Below are positions 32,313 through 42,003 of a DNA stretch of 64,000 nucleotides, piece after piece. How positions within the stretch are numbered: position 1 is the stretch's first letter; each line of letters opens with the position of its first letter. A program made the position numbers and the translations under genes. Source of the stretch: Giardia intestinalis (taxonomy: Eukaryota); the NCBI GenBank assembly GCA_000002435.2, contig CM018791.1; one strand, 5' to 3'. Below the pieces are notes generated by a model. It searched no databases, was not told the DNA's origin, and saw only the letters and a program-made list of their open reading frames with translations.

Positions 32313-33782
32313 CTATTTATCCAACCAACGTTTATAATGGCGTACCCCGTCGCACCCAACACGGTCCAGATACCACTCCCCACAAGAAAAATGCTCTCTA
32401 TCACCCGTTATGTATTCATCCGTCTCTGGCTTTACCTGTTGGCGAAACCTGTCTTGAAGAAATTCTTGCACGAGCGGATCCTGGGATAGTCTGTGCATCA
32501 GCAAGCGCTTGTTAGATTGTAACGACAGCCGAAGCATACCTTCTGATGGAGGGGCTGCAACGCGTTTGATTTTGAGGACACACGGCATCTGGTTGGGGTA
32601 CACAGAGAACTTGAAAGCCAGAGATCCCATTCCTGATCCATATCCTGATGCATATATTAGATACTCGTCTTTGAGAGGCGTACGATAGTGTGTAGGGGAA
32701 GCAGTTGCAACCTGACTGGCGGCAATGGCTTCTATGTGCTCCAGGATAGAGACGAGGGCCAAGAAAATGCTCCCCGTATATATGTTGCCTGTTTGACTCG
32801 AAAGTTTGAGAGACGGCACACACCTCCGTTCACAGTCCTCTGATATAGAAGGATCGGCAAGACAGTTCTTACTGAGCACACTGAGCACGTTGCTATCTCT
32901 TGATTGTATTGCTGCAAAGAGTTCATCTTCCTTATCAGACTCCAGATGCAGCGCGTGATAGAGCAGTGCGTGCATTTTCTTTGGAAGGGTGCAATATGGA
33001 GTATGAAAACATGCGAAGTCTGCGTCTAGAAAGAGTCTACGCTGCTGCTCATTACTCATTGCTGCTAGTAAATTGGCACGTAAGTAACACTCAATAGACG
33101 TTGCCCCGTGGACTACTGGAACTGGCGAGGCTATATGTGGCTTATAGAAGTCTGTGGTGTTTTCCCAATAACTATTGAATGATGCATCACACACTATACC
33201 ACTAGGATAATCCTTTACCAACAGCAGAGCGACAGCACCAGCCCCACCTGTAGGAATTGAAGCAATATCATTGTAAATTGAGATATCCGTTGTGACAACA
33301 ATTGCAGCCGGGTACTTGTTTGTTTCGTCGTCATACTTAGCTGCGGATAGCCATAAAGCAGCGTTTTCCAGAGCTAGGACACCGCCTAGACAAGCATTGA
33401 TTATATCGGCGCCTGTGGTTCTAACGGCACCCAGCATGTCCGCAAGGACCGACTTAATAGATTTAGCCTTGTCAACAGATGACTCGGTACCCACCTCAAG
33501 TCTACCTATAGTGACCTTTGAAAGAATATCTTGAGTAGCCTTATCATCAATCAAAAGTTGCAACGAATTCAGAGCTAAGGATACAGAGTCTTCGGAGTCG
33601 ACAGTAACTGCCATCTGATGCTGCCCAAGGCCTTTAGTTATCTTCTCTAAGGGAATCTTGCAAAGAGAAGAAACCTCCTCCTGAGACACTACTATTGGTG
33701 GGATGTACACGGCTATTGCAGCTATTCTTACTTCAGCCGGCGGTTGCAAAGGTGCATGTTCCACATGTGTATCCCTTGACAT
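32313..33782 (-). CDS. hydroxymethylglutaryl-CoA synthase (mevalonate pathway)
   Basis: Track start 33824 is TTG; the first ATG is 33782..33780. Matches to eukaryotic HMGCS signatures: GRLEVGTES, ADIINACLGG (NACYGG site), PTGGAGAVALLL, DFYKP, VHGATSIECYL, FHTPYCTLPKK. Confidence 0.85.
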   Translation of the reverse strand: MSRDTHVEHAPLQPPAEVRIAAIAVYIPPIVVSQEEVSSLCKIPLEKITKGLGQHQMAVTVDSEDSVSLALNSLQLLIDDKATQDILSKVTIGRLEVGTESSVDKAKSIKSVLADMLGAVRTTGADIINACLGGVLALENAALWLSAAKYDDETNKYPAAIVVTTDISIYNDIASIPTGGAGAVALLLVKDYPSGIVCDASFNSYWENTTDFYKPHIASPVPVVHGATSIECYLRANLLAAMSNEQQRRLFLDADFACFHTPYCTLPKKMHALLYHALHLESDKEDELFAAIQSRDSNVLSVLSKNCLADPSISEDCERRCVPSLKLSSQTGNIYTGSIFLALVSILEHIEAIAASQVATASPTHYRTPLKDEYLIYASGYGSGMGSLAFKFSVYPNQMPCVLKIKRVAAPPSEGMLRLSLQSNKRLLMHRLSQDPLVQEFLQDRFRQQVKPETDEYITGDREHFSCGEWYLDRVGCDGVRHYKRWLDK

Positions 33783-33870
33783 GACCTTGCTCCAAAAGCA
33801 ACAATTATTTACCCTACCGCGCAAACTTTAAGTGTGCGCACATTAATTGCTATTGCTCATCAGAGCTGTG

Positions 33871-36540
33871 CTACGAGACATCGCACAGACAGATGCTATT
33901 TTCCGCTATTGGCTCGGCGTATTCCATTACCTCAGACTCTATATATACCGCAAATGGTATTTTCAGGGAGCCTTCATCGATGGGTAAATCGTAGTCTGCG
34001 CCATTAGGTTCTACATCATAGCTTAAGTCCTTAATATAGTACGGAGGCATTGGTAGTGGTTGTTGACAAGTTGATGATAAGTTGTCCAGGGGAGCGGGGG
34101 CAGCAAGGGGCTCCTCCGCGCTCTCCTCGCACTCCGGGGTGGCGGCCCTCTGGTAGCTCTCGTCCTTCGCCGGGTCCAGGGGAGCGGGGGCAGCAAGGGG
34201 CTCCTCCGCGCTCTCCTCGCACTCCGGGGTGGCGGCCCTCTGGTAGCTCTCGTCCTTCGCCGGGTCCAGGGGAGCGGGGGCAGCAAGGGGCTCCTCCGCG
34301 CTCTCCTCGCACTCCGGGGTGGCGGCCCTCTGGTAGCTCTCGTCCTTCGCCGGGTCCAGGGGAGCGGGGGCAGCAAGGGGCTCCTCCGCGCTCTCCTCGC
34401 ACTCCGGGGTGGCGGCCCTCTGGTAGCTCTCGTCCTTCGCCGGGTCCAGGGGAGCGGGGGCAGCAAGGGGCTCCTCCGCGCTCTCCTCGCACTCCGGGGT
34501 GGCGGCCCTCTGGTAGCTATCTTCGCAGTATTTTGCAGCTAAGACAGAAGGCTCATCTCTGACCTGTTCAACTGTAGTAACAGTTTCTATAACCTCATAG
34601 CGGTTATAAATGTATTTATCATCAGTCTTTTCAGAAGGTGTTCCAGCCTGTCCTTCTGCTTCATACAAATCTCCCTCAGTAATAGGCGTTGGTTCCACCT
34701 TTGATGTAGCAGGCATGTGGTATGTGGTGTTTAATACTTGTCCATTCTCATCATAAATGGCTTTATCGCTAGCATTACTGTTCATCAATTCTGCTTCTTC
34801 TTCTCTTGAAATAATCTTTTTAAGAGGCATCGGCAAACTGCTTTCCCTGGTGGTCACTGGCTCTTCCTCACGCGCGAATAGAACAGGCTTTGTATTCGGT
34901 CGAGTATTAGTGGAATATCCAACTATACTCTTAGAAACATAGTTGGGTTCAATAATCGGATGTATGCTCTTGTCTGAATCTCCACAATAAAATTCTGGCA
35001 AGGGCTGGCAATAGGATTTGAAGCATGTCATAGAGCGTTTTTGGGTCATGCTGTCCCGATCATCTACCTGGTACGCTTCCCAGTCATCAGATGTAGGATA
35101 GACAGGCACTATCACCAAAGTTTTTCGTTGCTCGTTGACAAACTTTAAAATAGTGCCAAAGTCCAAAAGAGTGTCTTGCTCTGCTGTTATGGCATCCAAC
35201 AGCTGCTGAGGAGTCAGAAGAGGGACGGGAAGATCAGTAATATTAGTGTAACAGCCCTTTAGAGCATGAAGATGGGCATCCCAGCAGATTGGCAAATCAT
35301 CTCCAGCAAACACGGCATCAGCTTGTAACCCCAAAAGAAAGTAAAGGGATACGTCCTCATCGGACAAAGAGGACGTACGTGCTACACTGCTACATACCAG
35401 GTCACTGTCTAGAGGGCCTTGATCAACTCCATTCCGTGGGTGCTTCTGGTCGTACAGATCAAACAAGTCGCCAGTCTCATCACAGTTTATACATTGATCA
35501 TAGAAGATGTTAACAACTTCTTGTATCTCCGGAAGAGTCATCTCAGGCATAAACTTGAGAATCGCAAACACAAGTGCCGTTGTTTCCCGTGTATAGAAGC
35601 ACTCTTGTTTTAGATACATAAACCACGAATCCTCTGCCTTGTCTGATATTTTGATATTCGGGAGGCAGACAGGCTTGTCACAAAGAAACCTGCACGCGTT
35701 GGCAAGAGATGATAACTGAATGGTCAGCACTTTAAACTTAGTAAGAAGCTCAGTCAAGGCCTTTCTGCTGCCTTTCCCCGAACTCAGAAGAGCAGCCGTC
35801 TCATTCTTACAGATAATCCGCTCTTGAAGTAGCGTCCTAAAGAGTTTGCGGTATTCTAAAAGCGTATGCATCCTCTTTTGATACTCAACCGTGAGCGTAG
35901 AGCTTCTGTTGAGCTGAGAATACGCATAATCACGCTCTGAATAGGGGATTTCAAGAGCCTCCCACATACGAGTGAGTGATGCAACAGCATTGTGCGCCCT
36001 CAGAGCCATGGATGCCCCTTGGCCCGTCCTTGGCAAGAATTGGTTCCCACTTCGGGAGACAAGAGAGGTAGAGCCCCGATCCTTTGTCATGAACTTCTCT
36101 GACTTGTTGAGATTGTCTGTATCGTTATAGTATCGTGTCTGTGGGGAACAAATGCGTTCCAAATAAGGAGAATATTCCACCTGCTGCTCGGTAACAGACG
36201 CTTTTGGACTCCCGTGGCCATGCTTTGTAGATTTACGATAAGATTTGATGTCTGTATTTGGAGACTTTTGTAGTGGGCGGGTAATGGAGCGTGAGCGGAC
36301 ATTTGCCATGGTTGCCCCTTCTAGGTGCTTGCTCTGAATGCGGAGCATCTCTGCTTGCGACACACCTCGCTCCGTAGTCTTGGCCATCTCGACAATCCGG
36401 GCATTGTTCGGATTTGAAAAGAATGCCTTGAGGTGGGGGTCGCTTTCTGCATGGTATGACGGTGGTCTGTCACCAATTCTAGTGGTAAACTCTGGCTGCA
36501 ATCTTTCGCGTCGCGGTGCGCGGTGGTCAACAAAGCTCAT
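33871..36540 (-). CDS. coiled-coil protein, paralog A of the 58227..59714 gene; contains 5 x 30-aa acidic tandem repeats; weak MAP65/Ase1/PRC1-like WxxLxIPxxER motif
   Basis: ATG verified at 36540..36538. Blocks shared with paralog B: MWEALEIPYSERDYA / LWKALDIPPLERNYA, SGKGSRKAL / AGKGSKSVL, YFLLGLQA / NFLLGLQA, LLTPQQLLDAI / LLSPEQILDAV, LVIVPVYP / VVLVPVIP. Confidence 0.6.
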   Translation of the reverse strand: MSFVDHRAPRRERLQPEFTTRIGDRPPSYHAESDPHLKAFFSNPNNARIVEMAKTTERGVSQAEMLRIQSKHLEGATMANVRSRSITRPLQKSPNTDIKSYRKSTKHGHGSPKASVTEQQVEYSPYLERICSPQTRYYNDTDNLNKSEKFMTKDRGSTSLVSRSGNQFLPRTGQGASMALRAHNAVASLTRMWEALEIPYSERDYAYSQLNRSSTLTVEYQKRMHTLLEYRKLFRTLLQERIICKNETAALLSSGKGSRKALTELLTKFKVLTIQLSSLANACRFLCDKPVCLPNIKISDKAEDSWFMYLKQECFYTRETTALVFAILKFMPEMTLPEIQEVVNIFYDQCINCDETGDLFDLYDQKHPRNGVDQGPLDSDLVCSSVARTSSLSDEDVSLYFLLGLQADAVFAGDDLPICWDAHLHALKGCYTNITDLPVPLLTPQQLLDAITAEQDTLLDFGTILKFVNEQRKTLVIVPVYPTSDDWEAYQVDDRDSMTQKRSMTCFKSYCQPLPEFYCGDSDKSIHPIIEPNYVSKSIVGYSTNTRPNTKPVLFAREEEPVTTRESSLPMPLKKIISREEEAELMNSNASDKAIYDENGQVLNTTYHMPATSKVEPTPITEGDLYEAEGQAGTPSEKTDDKYIYNRYEVIETVTTVEQVRDEPSVLAAKYCEDSYQRAATPECEESAEEPLAAPAPLDPAKDESYQRAATPECEESAEEPLAAPAPLDPAKDESYQRAATPECEESAEEPLAAPAPLDPAKDESYQRAATPECEESAEEPLAAPAPLDPAKDESYQRAATPECEESAEEPLAAPAPLDNLSSTCQQPLPMPPYYIKDLSYDVEPNGADYDLPIDEGSLKIPFAVYIESEVMEYAEPIAENSICLCDVS
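34080..34525. repeat. five near-identical 90-bp tandem repeats inside the paralog A CDS, encoding KDESYQRAATPECEESAEEPLAAPAPLDPA
   Basis: 'ggagcggggg' recurs at 34091, 34181, 34271, 34361, 34451 (90-bp period = 30 codons). Diverges at ~34518. The alternative-frame ORFs 34023..34466, 34031..34492 and 34050..34562 are artefacts of it. Confidence 0.9.
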
Positions 36541-36596
36541 GAATCTTAAAATCCTTATTGCAAAGCATTCTAAAAAGAATAATTATAGACAAATTA

Positions 36597-37235
36597 ATGG
36601 ATACTGCAAGAAAATTGCAAGAAAAGGTTGCTGAGCACGAACAAAAAGTCTTGATGATGAGTGGTTTCATGGGGTCTATTAATGCAGGCGATCTCTTCAC
36701 TAATGAGGAGATCGATACCATGGAGCCAAAGATGGCCCGACGCATTGTACGCCACATGTCTGCTTCTAATAAGACAGTCAGGCTTTGGTTCAAGCTGATT
36801 TTTACCGGACTGGAGCTCCTTCTCGCCTCTAATTATATTACTCTTTGCTCTTCTGCTCCAATATTTTCTAATCCCTCGCGCGTAACTCTTAAACTCTTTG
36901 GGGTTCACATACCTTCGTTTTTTATCTCAACAATCCCCTGGTTCACGCTTGCTGCTCAGCTGCTGGTTGCATTCTTTCTCATCTTTAACTCCCACAAACG
37001 CCAGCTGTTCTTCCTCCTCTATTTCACAACCGTCTTCTACGTATTGGCGGGTGTGCCTCTCCTCCTTCTTCATCTTCAAACTGATGAGCACGTCAGTCAA
37101 GTCTTCTTCTACGTCTGTGTCGCCGGGACTGTCATTAGCATACTCACTGAGAGGGCTTCATACAGAGCCGATCAGGGACTCTACGAACTTAAGCGAACAG
37201 TTATGGAAAGCAACAAGACGCGCTCTGAGAAGTGA
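36597..37235 (+). CDS. small 4-TM membrane protein with cytosolic coiled-coil N-terminus, hypothetical
   Basis: Track start 36558 is TTG. There is an in-frame TGA at 36540-42 upstream; the first ATG is 36597. Four hydrophobic segments: LIFTGLELLLASNYITL, FTLAAQLLVAFFLIF, LFFLLYFTTVFYVLAGVPLLLL, VFFYVCVAGTVISIL. Confidence 0.45.
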   Translation: MDTARKLQEKVAEHEQKVLMMSGFMGSINAGDLFTNEEIDTMEPKMARRIVRHMSASNKTVRLWFKLIFTGLELLLASNYITLCSSAPIFSNPSRVTLKLFGVHIPSFFISTIPWFTLAAQLLVAFFLIFNSHKRQLFFLLYFTTVFYVLAGVPLLLLHLQTDEHVSQVFFYVCVAGTVISILTERASYRADQGLYELKRTVMESNKTRSEK

Positions 37236-37331
37236 TCTAATCCATATTCACTTCTATCTGTGTAAATGAGCTTTGCAACATGCACACTTTGATGCGACTT
37301 CGTGGCAACAGCAGAGGCGTGGCGCGTATCT

Positions 37332-38057
37332 TCAAGGATAGTCACCCGACTCGAGCGTGGTCACGCCTTCGTGAGCTATTTGTCGGGCACGGACCATGTC
37401 TACGCTCTCCGGCTGAGACGTCATGACAAGGAGCATGTCGGGATATTTGCGGACACAACTAAAGAGATCCTTGCAGGTATCTTCGTCCGCTATAACGGCG
37501 AAGTGAAGAGAGGTGTTTCCATTGATGCAGTAACGTGACAAATCTCTATGTAGATCGTCCAGGAGCTTATGCATACAGTACCCCAAATCAGTATACTTCC
37601 CTGATCGCTGGAGCCTAAGGTCCCGAGATGGTACCCAAACAGCGATGGCTAACTTCGCAGCGGATGGCTCTAGGCAACGGTAGAGATATGCGAGGACCAC
37701 TTCAAATGCTGTAGAGACCGTGGATAAAGCTCGCAGCGCCCTACAAAGCTCTGGTTTGTTCAATGCATGCTTGAAATCAGAAATCTTTCCTTCTTTTCCC
37801 TGGCAGCAATTGCAGCTTTTGTAAACGCCTATGGCATCATCAGTTATGCTTGCACTGTAGAAAACATCGCTCCGGCAGGAGATGCACTTAGCCAATTCAG
37901 GAACCATAGAAAGCATAAGCGGAGAGAAGGTGTACATAAGGTCGATGACGGTTTCTGCCTCTACAGTCTCTCCAACATAGACAGAGAGGTGCCAGGGCTC
38001 AGTGATCTTCCTGAGAAAAGCGTCGGAAGCCACCTCAGGTGCGTTGTCCCCCGACAT
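37332..38057 (-). CDS. hypothetical protein (241 aa), no recognisable domain
   Basis: Track start 38060 is TTG; ATG at 38057..38055. Long ORF in compact context. Cys pairs CISCRSD and CNCCQG. Confidence 0.4.
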   Translation of the reverse strand: MSGDNAPEVASDAFLRKITEPWHLSVYVGETVEAETVIDLMYTFSPLMLSMVPELAKCISCRSDVFYSASITDDAIGVYKSCNCCQGKEGKISDFKHALNKPELCRALRALSTVSTAFEVVLAYLYRCLEPSAAKLAIAVWVPSRDLRLQRSGKYTDLGYCMHKLLDDLHRDLSRYCINGNTSLHFAVIADEDTCKDLFSCVRKYPDMLLVMTSQPESVDMVRARQIAHEGVTTLESGDYP

Positions 38058-38108
38058 CAATCGTTCAAATTTACAGGTCGAGTCAAAAGGTGGCAGAGGG
38101 GTGAGCAG

Positions 38109-38588
38109 CTACAGCATACTTCCATGAATGCCGTTCATCCATGGAGGACGCACTATTCTCATGTATATCTGTATATCTTTATCCATGATCGTGACGCGGT
38201 GGGCGTGGTTTGCCAGTATTTGGCAGTCTCCAAGCACCTGGGAAAGCATGGCTTCGGATGCTTCCTGCAATGCGCCGATTGCCTGGGCTTGGAAGCGAAT
38301 TTCGTTTCCTCCTGAGGGAAGTGAACACGTTATGTCACGTACAAGGCGTTGAAAGCAGGCGATGGGGATGACGCTAGTGACTCTGCGCTGCATGTTAGTG
38401 ATCTCTTTGCGAACCTGGGAGCCGGGTCGGGCACGTCTGGTGACGGCCTTTTCAGATTTCGATATAGCCTTGCGTGCGACGGTCTTCTTGGAAAGAATCG
38501 TCTTTCGAGGTGCATGTTGTCCTTTGCGTGCTGTATTGACGTGCACGCTCTTGCTGCGGTCCATAGCTGTGTTTTTGGTGCGAGCCAT
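38109..38588 (-). CDS. divergent histone H3 variant (CenH3- or H3B-like): extended N-tail, loop-1 insertion, C-terminal extension
   Basis: ATG verified at 38588..38586. MARTK start. Histone-fold motifs: PIACFQRLVRDI, RFQAQAIGALQEASEAMLSQVL, ANHAHRVTIMDKDIQIYMRIV. Loop 1 is TCSLPSGGNEIRF against canonical AQDFKTDLRF (+3 aa). Ends ...IVRPPWMNGIHGSML instead of ...IRGERA. Confidence 0.85.
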   Translation of the reverse strand: MARTKNTAMDRSKSVHVNTARKGQHAPRKTILSKKTVARKAISKSEKAVTRRARPGSQVRKEITNMQRRVTSVIPIACFQRLVRDITCSLPSGGNEIRFQAQAIGALQEASEAMLSQVLGDCQILANHAHRVTIMDKDIQIYMRIVRPPWMNGIHGSML

Positions 38589-39078
38589 ATTTTTAAACCT
38601 TGATCATCCTAGGATGGTTAGTGTAACGTCTTGCTGATAGGGTATTCAGTGAAAATGGTGAAAGTAGATAGCAATCTTGCTTGTTCAGAGAAGATTGTGT
38701 TGAACTGTGGCCTAAGTAAGGGATGGACACGCCCTAGGAGGAAAAACAGCAGCTTTGGAAATTCTAAAATACCAAGGGAATCCTTTTCCATCGCAGGGCA
38801 GTAAGATTCTCTTCCTGTCGATCAGCAACGGATACACAAAGAGCGCAGAAGAATGGATTGATAGGAGTCGCCAGATTGTCTTAGCAAGCAGCTTTTGAGA
38901 AGCACTCAATGTAAATCATATGTTCAAAAAAGCAAATTAATTCCGCTTCTGATTTCATATAAATTTCAAGTCCACTGGCCTCTCCTGAGGCAGATGATGA
39001 CTTTGCGACGGGCGGACGGAGGGACGCGTGACGAAGTTTGTCGTATTCTGAATTCCTTCATTTAAAATTGGGCTTAAA

Positions 39079-39651
39079 ATGCATCATCTCCGCTTTTACC
39101 TGCCGCTCCAGCGTGTGGACGGCGGGTTCGCGTTCTTTGCTCCTGGCGGGGTCGGTCCAGTTCCTGCAGAGTTGCAGCATTACCCAACAGTCGTGGTATC
39201 AACGGATCCTTCAAATGAAAACCAACTGATACCCGTTGATAAAAAGGGCGTAAAGCTCACTTCTCAGGGCAAGAAGGAGACGGGCCGACGAAGGCGCTCA
39301 GGAAAGCCAGCTACAGATACCATCGAGCAACCTGTGCCAGCTACCGGCAACAGTGATGCGCACAGCACCATTGATGAATCCGAAGATGAAGTCTACATGG
39401 GAGACAACGCGAAAAGCAACAGAGCCCTTCTCGAAGCCCAGGCAGTCGCTCGTAGGCTGATAACGTTGACTAAAGAGATAGACGGCGGCCTTGTACAAGG
39501 AGAAGAGGCCACTGGACAGCGAAATGATCCAAAGGAGGGTCTTGTCATAACGGAGGCAGGGGCTGTCTATCTACCAAGTACTCAAGCATCGGCAGTAAGG
39601 GCTTGTACTCATACATACGGGCCCATGCTGTCTCGGGTCCTCATGTCTTAG
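39079..39651 (+). CDS. hypothetical basic/acidic low-complexity protein (190 aa)
   Basis: ATG at 39079. Divergent from the H3-variant gene across a 490-bp spacer. No domain recognised. Confidence 0.3.
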   Translation: MHHLRFYLPLQRVDGGFAFFAPGGVGPVPAELQHYPTVVVSTDPSNENQLIPVDKKGVKLTSQGKKETGRRRRSGKPATDTIEQPVPATGNSDAHSTIDESEDEVYMGDNAKSNRALLEAQAVARRLITLTKEIDGGLVQGEEATGQRNDPKEGLVITEAGAVYLPSTQASAVRACTHTYGPMLSRVLMS

Positions 39652-39679
39652 GCAGATCACAGTCTAACGAAGCATTGCC

Positions 39680-40996
39680 TTATGAATAGGAGCATGCAAG
39701 GCAAACGGTGTCATACCCTCCTCCCTTTAGGATTTTTGCACACCCACTACCAAACTGAGCTGCCTGTTTAGGTCGGGCGACCAACTCTGGTGGGACTCCC
39801 AATAGCCAGGCAGCATCCCTTAATATCTTTTTATTTCTGAGATACTCATATCTCTCTGACTCCATCAGATAGTTGAAGAAGGCAGCGACCATCGGCTCTA
39901 GGTACGGGTAAACTACTCGGGAGAATACCCCAGAATCCCTAGTGATATTCCTCTCAAATAGGTTTTGGCAGGCATGCTTGACTGAGAGTTTCCACGTGCA
40001 CGTGTCACCGTCCCGTAATGCTGCATACGCACCGCAATACTCGTCCGGGCCCAATCCGGACATGACAGGAACGTCGATCTCTGACCCATCGGCCCTCCTC
40101 GTCGAGTGAAATAGTATTGATCCTAAGTTTAGCATCATCACAGTTGGCGGGCAGGGGGCTATTAAGTCCCTTACTTGCTGTAGACTGCTTCTAAACTTTA
40201 CTTCAGGGATTGACATGCTCGTGATTTTTATGCGATCCGGACATGACTCGACAATCCTCTGTAGCCGCGGAGAGTCACATAGGGACCTAAATGCAACTGC
40301 ATCCTTAGCAAATTCAAAAAAGTTTATATTAAAAAGTTCTATTCTAGATTGACTTTTTTCTAAAATATGAGTTGCACAAATATATACTAGTAAGGTGGAG
40401 TCGATGCCGCCAGAAGCCAGTATACGGATCTCGGGATGTCTGCTCAGCTGATTAGATATGAGCTCCTTTAGAATTTCTAGGAACTTCATTACAAGGTTAT
40501 CACTGGGCTCAAAGTGCATCTCCATGGCTTGTGATAAGGACGGAACAACTTCAGTAAATGGTATGTACTTTTCTAGCGAAAGGTAGTGCTCAGTGCTCGT
40601 TAACACACTAAAGAATGTGTGCCCTGGAAGGATAAAAGCCAAATCCTTGAGCCCCACACATTTCTCTCGAAGATATATCCCAGATTTATTGTAACAGAGG
40701 ACTACTCTGGAATGATGGTCAGTCATAACTTCTATTCTTTGTTTCTCTCTGTCTAAAATGAGTATAAACATGGAAATACGTTCTACATTATATATAGGTT
40801 CATGACCAGGGCACAGTAGCATCTGCAGAGTCGGACTATCCGGTGCCTGTGCGAAAGTGGATATGCACTCACATCCAGCATAAGGCCCGACTGTAAGTGT
40901 ATGTGTGAATAATGTGAACGAGAGATTGTCAGCAATTTCAACAAGAAACTTTGGCTGAGCTTCCGGCGCGATTGGGGCCGCAAGGGTCACACTCAT
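39680..40996 (-). CDS. asparagine-synthetase-domain / PP-loop ATP pyrophosphatase family protein
   Basis: ATG verified at 40996..40994. PP-loop motif ILASGGIDSTLLV. AsnB-like SGLGPDEYCGAY (cf. SGEGADELFGGY). Confidence 0.7.
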   Translation of the reverse strand: MSVTLAAPIAPEAQPKFLVEIADNLSFTLFTHTLTVGPYAGCECISTFAQAPDSPTLQMLLCPGHEPIYNVERISMFILILDREKQRIEVMTDHHSRVVLCYNKSGIYLREKCVGLKDLAFILPGHTFFSVLTSTEHYLSLEKYIPFTEVVPSLSQAMEMHFEPSDNLVMKFLEILKELISNQLSRHPEIRILASGGIDSTLLVYICATHILEKSQSRIELFNINFFEFAKDAVAFRSLCDSPRLQRIVESCPDRIKITSMSIPEVKFRSSLQQVRDLIAPCPPTVMMLNLGSILFHSTRRADGSEIDVPVMSGLGPDEYCGAYAALRDGDTCTWKLSVKHACQNLFERNITRDSGVFSRVVYPYLEPMVAAFFNYLMESERYEYLRNKKILRDAAWLLGVPPELVARPKQAAQFGSGCAKILKGGGYDTVCLACSYS

Positions 40997-41075
40997 TGGT
41001 CAGCACAATTTTAGCTTTAGTCCTTTCAGAGTTTTGGTTTTAAAGAAGCGTGCTTCGCTTGCTCTGATTTACTCA

Positions 41076-41954
41076 ATGGAGATCACAGTGTCCCCTGGAT
41101 GTGCATTTCCGGAGAAGACGCGGCTTGCTAGGGAAATGGATGCACGAAGAAGGTGGATGGAAGAGAGAGCCCTTGTCCAGTCTGGGGTCACCTCGGGGAA
41201 TCCTGAGTTAGCAGAGAGCATCATGGATATCCGAAACCTATCTGCTTCAACTAGTCTTTCGTCTTCTCTTGCTCTCAGCAAGCTTCACCAGTCTTCAATG
41301 TCCGCAAGCAACACTGCTTTGGAGGACCACCTCACCTGTGCTATCTGTTATGGACTCTTCAGCCATCCTGTTGTTCTTACATGTGGCCATGTTTTCTGCG
41401 AGGGCTGTGTTCAAGCAATCTATGAGGGACAGCCAGAAAAGTACAGACTACACTGTCCTCTGTGTCGAAAACGATGTGACAAGCTGAACAGAGTCTACGT
41501 TCTTGACTCTGTTACGGAGAGTGTACGGCTTGCTCGCTCAGGCCTTCGTGAACATGAGGGTACAATTAATCCGCACTCTGAAGAGGGCGTAGAGCTCCCC
41601 AAACAGCTTGAAGTTGATATCCTTTTAAAGCGTATCTCAATAGCCACAGACGCCATGGAAAAGTGCTCAAGGCAAGTTCATGGATTCAATAAGTTGACCC
41701 AAAGCTACTATTCGTCGATTCGGAAGATAGACGACAAAATCAGTCAGCTGAAAGAGCAAAAGGAGCTCATGACCGTGGAATACAAGAAGACTTCAGCGAA
41801 TCTGGAGCGCATCATTGAGAAGGAGAAAGTCTTGCGAGGATTGATCGAAAGCTTAGAGTCAGAGCTGCGTGTAAAACAAATTATGATCGCTAAGCTATCT
41901 CCGTCTAATGAGAATGAGCAGCAAGTGCTGCCAGAAGACAGATTAAAGATTTAG
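41076..41954 (+). CDS. C3HC4 RING-finger protein with C-terminal coiled coil (putative E3 ubiquitin ligase)
   Basis: Track start 41034 is TTG. There is an in-frame TAG at 41016-18; the first ATG is 41076. RING motif CAICYGLFSHPVVLTCGHVFCEGCV...HCPLCRKRC. Heptad-rich C-terminus. Confidence 0.75.
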   Translation: MEITVSPGCAFPEKTRLAREMDARRRWMEERALVQSGVTSGNPELAESIMDIRNLSASTSLSSSLALSKLHQSSMSASNTALEDHLTCAICYGLFSHPVVLTCGHVFCEGCVQAIYEGQPEKYRLHCPLCRKRCDKLNRVYVLDSVTESVRLARSGLREHEGTINPHSEEGVELPKQLEVDILLKRISIATDAMEKCSRQVHGFNKLTQSYYSSIRKIDDKISQLKEQKELMTVEYKKTSANLERIIEKEKVLRGLIESLESELRVKQIMIAKLSPSNENEQQVLPEDRLKI

Positions 41955-42003
41955 GCCGCCAGAGTAAACGATGAGTGAACGGTGAGTAAACAGAGAGTAA
42001 ACG

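Noticed and set aside
34023-34562. Three 147-170 aa Arg/Pro/Gly-rich ORFs (34023..34466 -, 34031..34492 -, 34050..34562 +)
   Set aside because: They are alternative frames of the 90-bp x5 repeat inside paralog A. The in-frame reading with the flanking 889-aa gene is the acidic one.
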